A DNA stretch of 63,647 nucleotides, filler included, from Octopus bimaculoides (Eukaryota): the NCBI RefSeq assembly GCF_001194135.2. It is 10 parts of 9 records of this genome, joined end to end, with 100 filler letters (N's around TTAATTAATTAA, not from the genome) between each part and the next. Parts side by side here need not be neighbours in the genome. Positions count along the whole stretch, not along the records: positions 21,004 to 28,729 come from NC_068982.1; positions 28,830 to 35,385 come from NC_069000.1; positions 35,486 to 39,008 come from NC_069009.1; 7 more parts are not named here. The stretch is one strand, 5' to 3'. A program made the translations under genes and the position numbers. Numbering within the stretch: position 1 is the first letter of the stretch; each line of letters begins with the position of its first letter. A model generated the notes under the pieces. The model saw only the letters and a program-made list of their open reading frames with translations, did no database searches and was not told the DNA's origin. This document shows positions 25,291 to 38,340 of the stretch, in pieces.

Positions 25291-26453
25291 ACTTCTTCAA
25301 TTATGTGCGTGTGTGCTATGATATTAACGTTTAGAAGGTCAAAGAAAATTACCGAATTTGTTTTAGTAACTGTTGGTGTTGGCTATGTATTGGAAGTTGA
25401 AGTCGAAAGCTGGAAGTGCATAAATCTTACCTGTGTCAACTCTTTAGAAGAGTGAGATTAAACAGACGAGTTATTAAGGAAAATACAAAAAATGGGTGTA
25501 AAAATGTATAATGATCAAAACCTTGATTGAACTATATTAAATTTAACGTTATATATTAAATATATATATAGCTATATTAAATATAAATTAAATCTTCTCC
25601 TCTCCAGTGTGATGCATGAATGAAATACTTTTACTGCAGTACGTAATATATCCCTGATACAAACCTTTTTTGCTATCATCTGATAAATTTGATTTATGGT
25701 TTATGAGATTAATCATATTGGATTCACAACTGAATTCGAACGTATATTTTTCCAAATGACCCCATATGCAATCTTTCAAACGTTGGAGGTATATATATTT
25801 GACACATCATTCTCAATTCAGGTACATAATTTTTCATCATCACCAACTATAACACAAACGTATTATTAATCTGCACCAAGAAGATCCAATTTGCCATAAA
25901 AATATTGACTATGTTTCTGAACAACACAAAACGAAGGTAATGTGCTTGAGATGTAGAAAATTACTGACTACAATATTGAATGTTATTCATTACATTTGAA
26001 AATTGGTTCACAAAGAGAATACATTTATAGTTGATTTAGATACATACACTGAGATAGAAAATTAATTTGAATTATATTTACATATATTGATCTCTAAGAG
26101 AGACACAATAAATTTATATTTAAATTTATTTAAATCACATTAATCTATGTTTTAATATATTGCAAAAGGAAATATAAAACTAGGAAGTGCACATCTGTTT
26201 TCGTCTAATACTGTTAGCGTAAAATATACATGCCAGTTTTTGATAGCATGCGTTTGTATAAAATAAAAACACACATAAAATTTTAAAAAATGATGGCGTA
26301 ATTGATTTAAAGAACAACTAGAAGCAAATATTAGTCATACTATTTTATGAAGCTAAATATATGTCACGTAAATGTAAATACATAAACATATACATTTTAC
26401 GTAGAGCGCTGATACCTGGCACCTATGTCTGTATACCTGGCACCTATGCCAGT

Positions 26454-26689
26454 GGAGGCGCAATGGCCCGGTGGTTAGGGCAGCGGACAGGCGGTCGTAG
26501 GATCGCGGTTTCGATTCCCAGACCGTTGTGAGCGTTTATTGAGCGAAAACACCTATAGCTCCACGAGGCTGTGGCAGAGTGGCGAATCCAGCTGTACTTT
26601 TTCACCAGAACTTTCTTTCACTTTTTCTTCCTGTTTCTCTTGTACCTGTATTTCAAAGGGCCAGCCTTGTCAAACTCTGTGTCACGCTG
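26454..26689 (+). mobile_element. OR1-like SINE
   Basis: A/B-box head and shared body; ends at a gap. Confidence 0.85.
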
Positions 26690-27340
26690 NNNNNNNNNNN
26701 NNNNNNNNNNNNNNNNNNNNNNNNNNNNNNNNNNNNNNNNNNNNNNNNNNNNNNNNNNNNNNNNNNNNNNNNNNNNNNNNNNNNNNNNNNNNNNNNNNNN
26801 NNNNNNNNNNNNNNNNNNNNNNNNNNNNNNNNNNNNNNNNNNNNNNNNNNNNNNNNNNNNNNNNNNNNNNNNNNNNNNNNNNNNNNNNNNNNNNNNNNNN
26901 NNNNNNNNNNNNNNNNNNNNNNNNNNNNNNNNNNNNNNNNNNNNNNNNNNNNNNNNNNNNNNNNNNNNNNNNNNNNNNNNNNNNNNNNNNNNNNNNNNNN
27001 NNNNNNNNNNNNNNNNNNNNNNNNNNNNNNNNNNNNNNNNNNNNNNNNNNNNNNNNNNNNNNNNNNNNNNNNNNNNNNNNNNNNNNNNNNNNNNNNNNNN
27101 NNNNNNNNNNNNNNNNNNNNNNNNNNNNNNNNNNNNNNNNNNNNNNNNNNNNNNNNNNNNNNNNNNNNNNNNNNNNNNNNNNNNNNNNNNNNNNNNNNNN
27201 NNNNNNNNNNNNNNNNNNNNNNNNNNNNNNNNNNNNNNNNNNNNNNNNNNNNNNNNNNNNNNNNNNNNNNNNNNNNNNNNNNNNNNNNNNNNNNNNNNNN
27301 NNNNNNNNNNNNNNNNNNNNNNNNNNNNNNNNNNNNNNNN

Positions 27341-27377
<37 letters not shown>

Positions 27378-28685
27378 ATATATGTATATATACATCCATT
27401 TATATATACGTACACTGTATATACATATATATGTGTGTGTGTATTTGTGTGCGTGTAAGCATGTGTGTGTGTGTATATACAGATAGATAGATAGTTACAT
27501 AGATAGGAAATTGGGGAGCTATATTACTTGATTGATACACATACGCAAACACAGAGGTACACACACACACATACACGCACATACACACATACACTCACAC
27601 ATACATATATATATATGTATGTATGTATATACATGCGGATGTGTGTGTGGGTGTACTTGCACAACTGAAAGTGCTTTATAAGGGCGTAAACATAATGGAA
27701 GCAACGGATATCTTTAACATAGACAGTTTAGTGCAAGTGACATGTTGCATGTGCTTGCTTCTCAGTATATGCTAATATCACAATGATTTCCAATACAGAT
27801 AAAGATCAGATTAAGTCTTTGATATAGTTTAGCAGGAATAAGATAAGTTTGAATAAAATGTATGTTTTGTATACGTAACGTAACAATGAAAATATACAAT
27901 TCCTCATAAACCATAATCATATATTTACGCACGTATAAAAGGAAAATATATAATAGATACTTTTCTTTATTTTAAATCCAACAAATATATGCGAAAAGAA
28001 CTGAGAGAGAAATCTGATTAAGTGAAGCCTTTATTTCTTGAAATATCTACATAGTTCTGTTGCCAGTAGAGAGATAATGAACAGTGAAATTGTGTATAAC
28101 AGTAACTGCGTAATCACTTAGCATTTTTAATGAGATCCATTAGTAATATATTAGCATAATTCGCTCACATTTAGAGTGTTAAGTTAGTGGTAGAACACAT
28201 AAGTAAATATCGTGAAAAATATATAAATCTTCTCAATTAGAGATACGCATGTCACATCCGCAACAAAATTAATTCAGCGAGTTTGAAGTATATAACAAAC
28301 TGCAAAGGTACTGCATGAGCAAAACGAAATTTGAATTATGCAATGAAAGCAGCACTACAGTAACAGCTCTGACAATGTGATAGATAAATATGTTAAGTTT
28401 AGGAGTAAGCATCAGAAAATGGCGTACATTCTTACCGTTTTTTTTTCAAACCTATAAATAACAAACTAACATGATTCTATCATTTTTTTGCTGATAAAAT
28501 AATGCAATGATACATACATAAGATATCATATTTGAATGTCTAGATAGGTTAGCATCAGAAATTTATACACATAACTTTATCTGGTCCTATCTCTGTCCAT
28601 CACTCTGCCCCCTCTCCACACACACATGGAAGTATGAAACAATGACACACGAAAACTTGAAAACTATATAGGTGTATGTACAAAC

Positions 28686-28718
<33 letters not shown>

Positions 28719-28829
28719 CATATATATATNNNNNNNNNNNNNNNNNNNNNNNNNNNNNNNNNNNNNNNNNNNNTTAATTAATTAANNNNNNNNNNNNNNN
28801 NNNNNNNNNNNNNNNNNNNNNNNNNNNNN

Positions 28830-28877
<48 letters not shown>

Positions 28878-28916
28878 GTACTTATATATGTATGTATATA
28901 TATTTATATATATGTT

Positions 28917-30588
28917 TCAGGAGAAATACCTAGCCAAGGATAAACCTCAGTACCTGGCTTTCGTTGACATGAGAAAGCTTTTGACAGGGTCCCCCGATCC
29001 CTCATCTGGTAATCAATGAGGAAACTAGGGATAGAAGAATGGTTGGTGAAAGCTGTGCGAGTCATGTACAGAGACGCTGTCAGTAAGGTGAAGGTTGGCA
29101 ATGAGTACAGTGAAGAATTCCGGGTAGAGGTAGAGGTCCACCAAGGTTCAGTCCTCAGCCCCTTCCTATTTATCATAGTCCTCTAGGCTATAACAAAGGA
29201 ATTCAGGACAAGATGCCCCTGGGAGCTCCTCTATGCTGATGACCTTGCACTAATTGCTGAGTCACTATCAGAACTAGAGAAGTTTCAGGTGTGGAAGCAA
29301 GGACTAGAATTGAAGGGCCTTAGAGTCAACCTAGCTAAAACCAAAGTCCTAATAAGTAGGAAGGTAGACAACACACAAACCCCTTCAGGTAGATGGTCCT
29401 GCTCGATCTGTAGCAAAGACGTAGGTAGAAACTCTATAAGATGCACCCAGTGCAAGCTATGGACACATAAGAGGTGCAGCAATATCAAAGGAAGGTTAAC
29501 TAGAAAGTTTGTTTTTGTATGTAGCAGATGTTCAGGAGCTATAAACACTGTAAATGTGCAGAAAACAACTTCTGCCACATTCAAGGGAGAAAAACTAGTT
29601 TATAGCTTCCACTATCTAGGTGACCAAGTTAGTAGTTGGGGAGGGTGCGCTGAAAGTGTAGCTGCTAGAATAAGAATAGCTTGGGCAAAGTTCAGAGAGC
29701 TCTTACCTCAGCTGGTGACAAAGGGTCTCTCTCTCAGAATAAAAAGCAGACTGTATGACGCATGTGTATGAACAGCCATGCTTCATGGCAGTTAAACATG
29801 GGCCTTGACTGCTGAGGACATGTGTAGGCTCGCAAGGAATGAAGCCAGTATGCTCCAATGGATGTGTAATGTCAGTGTACATACTTGACAAAGTGTAAGT
29901 ACCTTGAGAGAAAAGTTGAACCTAAGAAGCATCAGTTGTGGTGTATAAGAGAGACGATTGCGCTGGTATGGTCATGTGGCGAGAATGGATGAGGATAGCT
30001 GTGTGAAAAAGTGCCACACCCTAGCAGTTGAGGGAACCTGTGGAAGAGGTAGGCCCAGGAAGACCTGGGCTGAGGTGGTGAGGCACGACCTTCGAACATT
30101 GGGCCTCACTGAGGTGATGACTTCTGACCGAGACCTTTGGAAATATGCTGTGCGTGAGAAGACCCGGCAAACCAAGTGAGACCTAAATCCAACGCTTCTG
30201 CCAGGGGTGTAGCCAGCCCACTTATGTGTACCTTTCCTTCATTGGACATTAAACTCCGCTTGCAAAGACCCGTTGAGGCAAGTGAAATCGAAATTGAACT
30301 AAATTCGACGACTGGCACCCATGCCAACGTCGTCTCCTTCATTGGACAAGAAACTCAGCTTGCGAAAACCTGTTGGAGCAAGCGAAAGTAAATTCGTGAT
30401 GGCACCTGTGCCCAGCGTCACCTTCCTGGCACTTGTGCCGGTGGCACGTGTAAGACATTCGAGCGAGATCGTTGCCAGTGCCGCTGGACTGGCTCCTGTG
30501 CAGGTGGCACGTAAAATACACCATTTTGTGCGTCCAACCCATGCTAGCATGGAAAGCGGACGTTAAATGGTGATGGTGATGATGATGA

Positions 30589-30590
<2 letters not shown>
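28917..30590 (+). mobile_element. RTE LINE copy 1, 5'-truncated (RT with PHD finger, 3' UTR, (TGA)n tail)
   Basis: [28 protein letters not shown] (29232-29243), F.YLG, LRWYGHVARM..CGRGRP; stops and frameshifts. Confidence 0.93.
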
Positions 30591-30628
<38 letters not shown>

Positions 30629-30732
30629 GTATATGTATTTATACATGTATGTATATATATTTATATATATGTATATATATATATATATGTGTGTGTATAT
30701 AAATATGTATATATACATATATATAGGTGTGT

Positions 30733-32610
30733 TGATGCTGGAGAAATACCTAGCCAAAAATAAACCTTTGTACCTGGCTTTCGTTGACATGGAGAAAGCC
30801 TTTGACAGGGTCCACCGCTCCCTTATCTGGTGGTCAATGAGGAAACTAGAGATAGATGAGTGGTGAGTGAGAGCTGTGCAAGCCATGTACAGGGACGCTG
30901 TCGGTAAGGTGAGGGTTGGCAACAAGTACAGTGAAGAATTTCGGGTAGAGGTAAGAGTCCACCAGGGTTCAGTCCTCGGCCCCCTCCTATTTATCATAGT
31001 CCTCCAGGCAATGACACAGCAATTCAAGATGGGATGCCCCTTGGAGCTCCTCTATGCTGATGACCTTGCCCTAATTGCTGAGTCACTATCAGAACTAGAG
31101 GAGAAGTTTCAGGTGTGGAAGTAAGGACTAGAATCGAAGGGCCTTAGAGTCAACCTAGCTAAAACCAAAGTCCTAATAAGTAGAAAGGTAGATAAAACAC
31201 AAACCCCTTCTGGTAGATGGTCCTCCTCGATCTGTAGAAAAGGAGTAGGTAGAAACTCCATAAGATGTACCCAATGTAAGCTATGGACACATAAGAGGTG
31301 CAGCAATATCAAAGGAAGGTTAACTAGCATGATAGTTTTTGTATGTGGCAGATGCTCAGGAGCAATAAACACTGAAAATGTGCAGAAAACAACCTTTGCT
31401 ACACTCCAGGGAGAACTAGAATTAGTTTATAGCTTCCGCTACTCAGAGTAAAAGGCAGTCTGTATGACATATGTATATGAACAGCCATGCTACATGGCAG
31501 TGAAACTGCTGAGGACATGCGCAAGCTTGCATGAAACGAAGCCAATATGCTCCGATGGATGAGTAATGTCAGTGTGCATACTTGACAGAGTGTAAGTACC
31601 TTGAGAGAAAAGTCAGACCTAAGAAGCATCAGTTGTGGTGTGGAAGAGAGATGATTGCGCTGGTATGGACATGTGGCAAGAATGGATGAGGATAGCTGTG
31701 TGAAAAAGTGCCACACCCTAGCAGTTGAGGGAACCTGTGGAAGAGGTAGACCCAGGAAAACCTTGGATGAGGTGGTGAAGCACAACCTTCGAAATTTTGG
31801 CCTCACCAAGACAATGACCAGTGACCGGGACCTTTGGAAATATGCAGTACATGAGGAGACCTGGCAAGGCAAGTGAGAGCATAATCTGTGACCTCTGCCA
31901 GAAGTGTAGCCAGCTCACTTTTTCGTATCTTAACTTCATTGGACACTAAAAACCTTGCTTGCGAAGACCTGTTGAGGCAAGTGAATTTGGAATTTGGAAT
32001 TTGGAATTTGAAATTTGAAATCTGAAATCGAAATCGAACCGAATCCGACGACTGGCACCCATGCCAACCTCTCCTTCATCGGACACTAAACTCTGCCTGC
32101 GAAGACCTGTTGGAGCAAGTGAAATCGAAATTGAACCATACTCGATGACTGGCACCTGTGCCAGTGGAGCACTAACAGTACTATGTGAGCATGTTCATTG
32201 CCAGAGCAGCTGTCTGGTTTCCATGGTAGTGGCCCGTAAATAGCACCATTTGAGTGTAATCGTTGCCAGTGCTGCCTTCTAGCACTTGTGTTGGTGGCAC
32301 GTTAGAAAATCATTTGAGCGAGGTCATTGCCAGTGCCACTGGAGTGGCTCCTGTGCAGGTGGCACGTAAAAAACACCATTTTGAGCATGGCCGTTGCTAG
32401 TACCGTGTGACTGGCCCTCGTGCTGGTGGCACGTAAAAGCACCCACTACACTCTTGGAGTGGTTGGTGTTAGGAAGGGCATCCAGCTGTAGAAACTCTGC
32501 CAGATCAGATTGGAAGCTGGTGCAGCCTTCTGGCTTGCCAGTCCAAAGTCAAATCATCCAACCCATGCTAGCATGGAAAGCGGACGTTAAATGATGATGA
32601 TGGTGATGAT
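30733..32610 (+). mobile_element. RTE LINE copy 2, 5'-truncated
   Basis: Same motifs as copy 1; internal deletion near 31440; longer 3' UTR; (TGA)n tail. Confidence 0.93.
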
Positions 32611-32740
32611 ATATACATGTATATATATGTATATATATTTATATATGTATATACATANNNNNNNNNNNNNNNNNNNNNNNNNNNNNNNNNNNNNNNNNNN
32701 NNNNNNNNNNNNNNNNNNNNNNNNNNNNNNNNNNNNNNNN

Positions 32741-32778
<38 letters not shown>

Positions 32779-34252
32779 TGTAAACAGAGTTAGCGGGATA
32801 AAATATCCATAATAGTATCAGTATTATCCCCAGGCATTGGTGTGCAAGCACACCATGCACGTAGAGGGCAGGTGACAACAGGATAGACAAGAACTTATCA
32901 GGAAGTTTATAACTGTAATGATTAGATTCAATTAATATTTCTTTCTTATCTTAGAGTATTTGTTATTGCTTTTTAAGCATGCTTAATAAATTGTTTGATT
33001 TAAGGTAACTTTCCTCATAGTACCAATCTGCCTGTGGACCCAACATTAATTATACCCATATAGTGACAATATACTCTTTTAAATTGTCATATAATAATTG
33101 GAACTATATAACTTTAATGGCTATGTAATGCTCATTAAGCATATTTATGATACTGCTGACCATTAAGTAGTTTCATTATTTGATATTATTTCATCATGGT
33201 ACTTGGCCTTAAATATTATCTGCCTAATTGTAAGTACCTTTTTATTTGTGCATTGTAGAGTACCTATAAGATGGATTTTTCTTGCGTATCTGTATATATC
33301 TAATTATTATCACAATTCACTATATACGAGATTTAGCCCAATTTCATTCCTTAGTAGCTTTTATTGAACCGCTGAACTACCAGTACTAGTTGCCTCCCAT
33401 TAACCACATTCCCACAGATTCCCTCACTCTTCCCTCATGCATGTTATAACGTTAAGATGCTGAAGGACATAAATAGCCTCACACTATCCATTCATTGTCT
33501 TCTCCCCCGTAACATTTTTCTTTTTGTTTCTTTTCTTTATTTTATAAACAAATCCTTTGTAACGGTTTTAACTTGTGACCTCAGTTCAAATTGTAACTGA
33601 CCAATTGTAGAAACCACTGAGCTTAGACTTGTCCCATTGTGGACCATAGGTGGGACTCTTGGTATTAATTTCTGTGAGTAAATTTTTCTTAAGCACCCTA
33701 CGATAATTGTCTACTTTTGAGTTTATTCCGTTAGCATAGGTACTGCCCTTTGATAATCATGTTAATATTTTCCTTATATATAGTTTCTTGATAAATTCTT
33801 TTTTAAACATCCTGGCCCCACGACCTTCAAATTGCACCTACCTGTTAATAAATTGTAGTATTCCCTAGACCATTACTAGCTCACTCTTTTACCTATGGAT
33901 CCTGTGGCCCCTTGATGGTAAATTATATGTTCTTAACATATTGGGCTTCTAGACTATTTGTCTAGGCTATGTTTTTTTTCCTTTTCCTTCTTCCCTTTGT
34001 TTATATTGTATGCTCTTGTTTTTTACTCTGATGAAGCTCCATTGCCTTAATTCGAATGCCCCATGAAGATGAGGAACTTTATTCTCAAATTTATTTATAG
34101 ACAGCATTTTGGTAACAAATCAGAAACAGCCGTAAGATATGTTACGTCACCTATTTTGTTAAGTCATGCTTTGTATTAAAAAATAAGCTATAAATGTGGT
34201 GCAATCGATGTGTTTGTTAATCTGTGGTTTTCTCCATTTTCTAATTATTTGC

Positions 34253-34291
<39 letters not shown>

Positions 34292-34296
34292 ATACT

Positions 34297-34580
34297 ATAA
34301 CCTCAGGCCCATGAAAGCCTTGTGAGTGGATTTCGTACACGGAAACTGAAAGAAGACTGTCATATATATGTGTATATTTGTGTGTGTGTCTGTGTTTGTA
34401 CCCCAACCATCGCTTGACAACCAATGTTGTGTTTACATCTCCTGTAACTTAGCTGTTTGGCAAAACACACTGATAGAATAAGTACTAGGCTTACAAAGAA
34501 TAAATCCTGGGGTTGATTTCTTTGACTAAAGGTGGTACTCCAGCATGGCTGGAATCACATGACTGAAATAAGTAAAGCAA
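34297..34580 (+). mobile_element. OR2-like SINE lacking its head
   Basis: Core, central microsatellite and tail. Confidence 0.8.
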
Positions 34581-34584
34581 TAAA

Positions 34585-34630
34585 AAACTATGCCATTTTA
34601 ATCCCGAGCAACGCTGGGTATTTCTGCTCG
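34585..34630 (+). mobile_element. Helitron-type 3' terminus, degenerate
   Basis: cccgagcaacgctggg hairpin followed by tatttctgctcg; homologous to 38802-38835. Confidence 0.55.
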
Positions 34631-34631
34631 C

Positions 34632-34668
<37 letters not shown>

Positions 34669-35576
34669 TATATACACANNNNNNNNNNNNNNNNNNNNNN
34701 NNNNNNNNNNNNNNNNNNNNNNNNNNNNNNNNNNNNNNNNNNNNNNNNNNNNNNNNNNNNNNNNNNNNNNNNNNNNNNAATAGCAATGCGTGCGCGTGTT
34801 TATATAAGAAACACACACAAAGTAAATCGTATATTTATAATGTTGATATGTGTATGTATTTATGTGTATGTTGTTTTCACAGATCATGTATGTGTGGTTG
34901 TGTGTGTTTTTACGTTTCTATGTTATGAAAAATATGTTAGACACAGAGGGATAGAAGAAAGCTGTTAAATTGGAGAGAGGAAGAACGAAGAGTGAAATGG
35001 TAGATAAGAAGGAAAGAATAGTCTTAAACAAAGTTAATCTATGACTTTGTCTGTATCACTTTCCCTCTCTCTCTCTCTCTCTCTCTCTCCCTCTTTTACT
35101 CTTACTCTGTATATTATATGCTGAGCACGTGATCGATGTATAAGAACGCCAGCTCAGGTAGAAGGGAAGAAATATAAAAGTTGCTAGAAACAACAGCCAA
35201 ATCTTCCTTCAGTTACACAAAGTAAACGGAATTTTAAAAATCTAATTACTGCACTGGAAAGTTCACATCAAGAAAATTCCATTGATGTAAAAATTTTTAC
35301 GAAGAAGTGGAAAATGTGGATTTCTATAAACTTTTAAAAAGGCTTCACACAGATACACAACTTCAGCTTTATTATATATAAGATANNNNNNNNNNNNNNN
35401 NNNNNNNNNNNNNNNNNNNNNNNNNNNNNTTAATTAATTAANNNNNNNNNNNNNNNNNNNNNNNNNNNNNNNNNNNNNNNNNNNNCTTTCTTCTATTCCC
35501 TGGCTTCTTCGATGCAGCATCAACGAGTGTCAGCGTCCGACTGACTGTCTTGTCAAATTCCCCTTTTTATACCTGC

Positions 35577-35686
35577 TGCTAGGCTCCAGCAGGCTGCCCC
35601 AGCAAGTTGTCACGTGACACTGTCTAAATTTCCCGATGCTAGGGTCCAGTAGGCAGCCCCAGCAAGTTGTCACATGACACTGTCTT
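35577..35686. repeat. Two diverged direct repeats, 61-bp period
   Basis: tgctagg.tccag.agg..gccccagcaagttgtcac.tgacactgtct occurs twice. Confidence 0.85.
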
Positions 35687-36289
35687 GTTTGTGAATCTGT
35701 GTGTGTGTGTGAGTGTGTGCCCATTTCTTATACGTTGAATATATGAGGCCGTGATAGTTCAGGGGAACCGTTTAGTGAATGCATGTGTGTGTTTCTGTGC
35801 ATGTGTAAAATCTGCCACTGTCCAAAGTGTGTGTTACTAGTTATGAATGCCTTTGAATGTGAGTGAGTGCCCATTTCTCAAAGTTGGAAAATATGTGTGA
35901 GTGACAAGGGGAAAATTTAGTGCAAAGATATGCATGCATATCATAATGTCTGTGTAACTCGGTCTGATTATCATGTACGGTGTCTACGTCTCCATTGCTA
36001 CTGATTACCATCCTAGACTTTTTCTTCTTCTTCTTCTCATCCTCGTTCTTCTGCTACTATTTCTACTTCTATGATTTTCTTCTTCTTCTTCTTCTTCTTC
36101 TTCTTCTTCTTCTTCTTCTTCTTCTTCTTCTTCTTCTTCTTTTTTTTCATTTTCTTCTGCTGTTTTTTCTTTTCCTTCTTTCTGTTCTTCTTTGCTATAC
36201 GTGAAACGTGATAGCTTGACAATTTATGTACCACATTGCAGAAATCACAATGAAAGTATATCTGAAGGGTAGTCTTACACTGTTGTACC

Positions 36290-36570
36290 GTTGAATTAGC
36301 AAAGAAGAGAACACATTCATTATCTGCATGCGATTAGACTCGGAAAGTTTGTGAGAAACCCATTGACCCAATTTGCTGACTTTTATGATGGCGCGCAGAT
36401 GTCGATGAATGGTTGAATGACCAAATCCAAGCTTCTTTGCTAGTTCCTCAACATTTACAACCAGTGTTTTGAGGACGTCCTCATCGAGCTCTACAGATCA
36501 TCCAAGACGATGTTCGTCTTCTTCGCTGTTGTTTCTGACTTCGAAGTGTTTTGTTGCCTTTTTAACATTC
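36290..36570 (-). mobile_element. Mariner transposase N-terminal fragment
   Basis: DEDVLKTLV..ELAKKLGFGHSTIHRHLRAI.KVSKLGQWVSHKLSESNR (WVPH-like motif). Confidence 0.8.
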
Positions 36571-36589
36571 CTATTTAATATATTTTTCC

Positions 36590-36790
36590 TGACAATAATT
36601 CATTGAAAATCGATTCTATCTTTCGTGCGAACATTAACTCTGCCGGAGACTTTCCTGAACTGGTATTAGGATTGGCCGTTACTCTATATACCTTCAAGAA
36701 TTTCGTTAGCGCATCATCATTATCTGCGTCATTTCTTACTTATTTTAACACTCGCTTGCAAGTATCAACGAATCTTTCTACAATCGTCAT
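36590..36790 (-). mobile_element. Ty3/gypsy (Mag-like) integrase C-terminal fragment
   Basis: ERFVDTCKR...FLKVYRVTANPNTSSGKSPAELMFARKI. Confidence 0.7.
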
Positions 36791-36937
36791 CAACATCATC
36801 AATGTCGCTATTATCTTCATGAAATTAATCTTTATCGTGATCTAATTTCCATCCCTTCTATAATCTAATTGTTTAGCCAAATTTCTGTCCCAAATATGGT
36901 CTATACAATTCCTTCTTAACTTAATTCTATGTTTTAG

Positions 36938-37009
36938 ATTTTTGAGTTCTAATGATATCACGGAAATCAAGACAGACACCTTCCGAAATCTGTCCAGTTT
37001 AACAGATCT
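36938..37009 (+). CDS. Internal exon encoding one 24-aa leucine-rich repeat
   Basis: ttttag|72 nt|gtaagt, phase 2; FLSSNDITEIKTDTFRNLSSLTDL. Confidence 0.88.
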
Positions 37010-37568
37010 GTAAGTTGAATCATTCATTTTTATATTTCATTGACGATATATTTCTAAATATGTAACGTCTTCCCATCATTCATATTAAGCTACCTCACCC
37101 GTCTTTCTAAAGATGTGTTTTATTGGTTGTGAATCTGTGAGTGTACTCATTTATTAGATATGGGATATATGAGAGCATGATAACTTCAGGGGAACCATTT
37201 AGTGAATGCATGTGTATGTCTCTGTGTATGTGTGAAATTTTGTCTCTGTCTAAAATGTGTTATTTCTTGTAAATGACCGTGAATGTAAGTGAGGGTCCAT
37301 TCCTGAGATTTGGGATATATGAGTGTGACAATTGAGGGGAATAGTTTAGCGCAAACGTCTTTATGTAAATGTGTGTGTATGTGTGTGCGCACCACGCGTG
37401 TAAGTGTGTGTGTGAGTGTCTGTTTGTGTATGGATGTTTGTAGAGGAGTGTATCAAAATGTGTTATTCGGTCTGTTTATCATGTGCGGTGTTTAAATCTC
37501 CAGCACCAATGATTACCATGCTAGACATTTCTTCTTCTTCTTCTTCTTCTTCTTCTTCTTCTTCTTCC

Positions 37569-37790
37569 ATTTCTTTATTGCCCACAAGGGGCTAAACATA
37601 TAGAGGGGGCAAACAAAGGGGTTAAGTCGATTACATCGACTCCTGTGCGTAACTGGTACTTAATTTATCGACCCCGAAAGGATGAAAGGCAAAGTCGACC
37701 TCAGCGGAATTTGAACTCAGAACGTAACGGCAGACGAAATACCGCGAAGCATTTCGCCCGTTATGCTAACGTTTCTGCCAGCTCGCCGCC
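37569..37790 (-). mobile_element. OK-like SINE, young and full length, inside a (TTC)n tract
   Basis: Near-consensus head, core and tail with AATAAA on the minus strand. Confidence 0.9.
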
Positions 37791-38340
37791 TATCTTCTTC
37801 TTCTTCTTCTTCTTCTTCTCCTTCTTCTCCTTCTCCTTCTCCTTCTTCTTCTTCTATTTATTTTCTTCTTCTTTTTATCTTCCTCCTTTCCTTCTTTCAT
37901 TTTTCTTTCCTTTCTTTTAATTCTCTTGGGGTATTTTACTTCTGTTTCACTCCGTCATCTTATTCTTCATTCGCTATTCATTCTTCTTCGTTTCAGCTTC
38001 TCCCAAATTTCTTCCTACTTCACCAGCTTTTATCTTTCGCATTCACGTTCCCCCGCCGACGTATTAATCTTTCGCTAATTGTTGCTGTTCTTGTTTTTCT
38101 TCTCTTTGTTTCTTTTTCTCTTCCTNNNNNNNNNNGCGCGGCTTGTCCCACGTCTTTTCAGTTTTCTTTTTATTCTCCTTCTCCTCCTCCTCTTATTTCA
38201 CCATCTTCTTTCACATTTTAAACTTGTTTCAGACAGTCGTCTCTAATTTCTTTCACATCACGTTTTTCCTGAAATTTTTTCTTCTTTCATCAAGAATCTA
38301 TTCCTTACAAATTCTACTTAATTCAATTTTATTTAAACAG

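Noticed and set aside
25420-28455. Minus-strand micro-exon candidates (11 nt near 25432-25442; 16 nt at 28436-28451) with AG/GTAAG ends
   Set aside because: Such signals arise by chance at this length and there is no supporting minus-strand gene
32770-34120. Penelope-like region with CTGATGA (34028) and GAAACagccGTA (~34102)
   Set aside because: Stems I and II do not pair convincingly and the RT motif spacing is wrong; left uncalled
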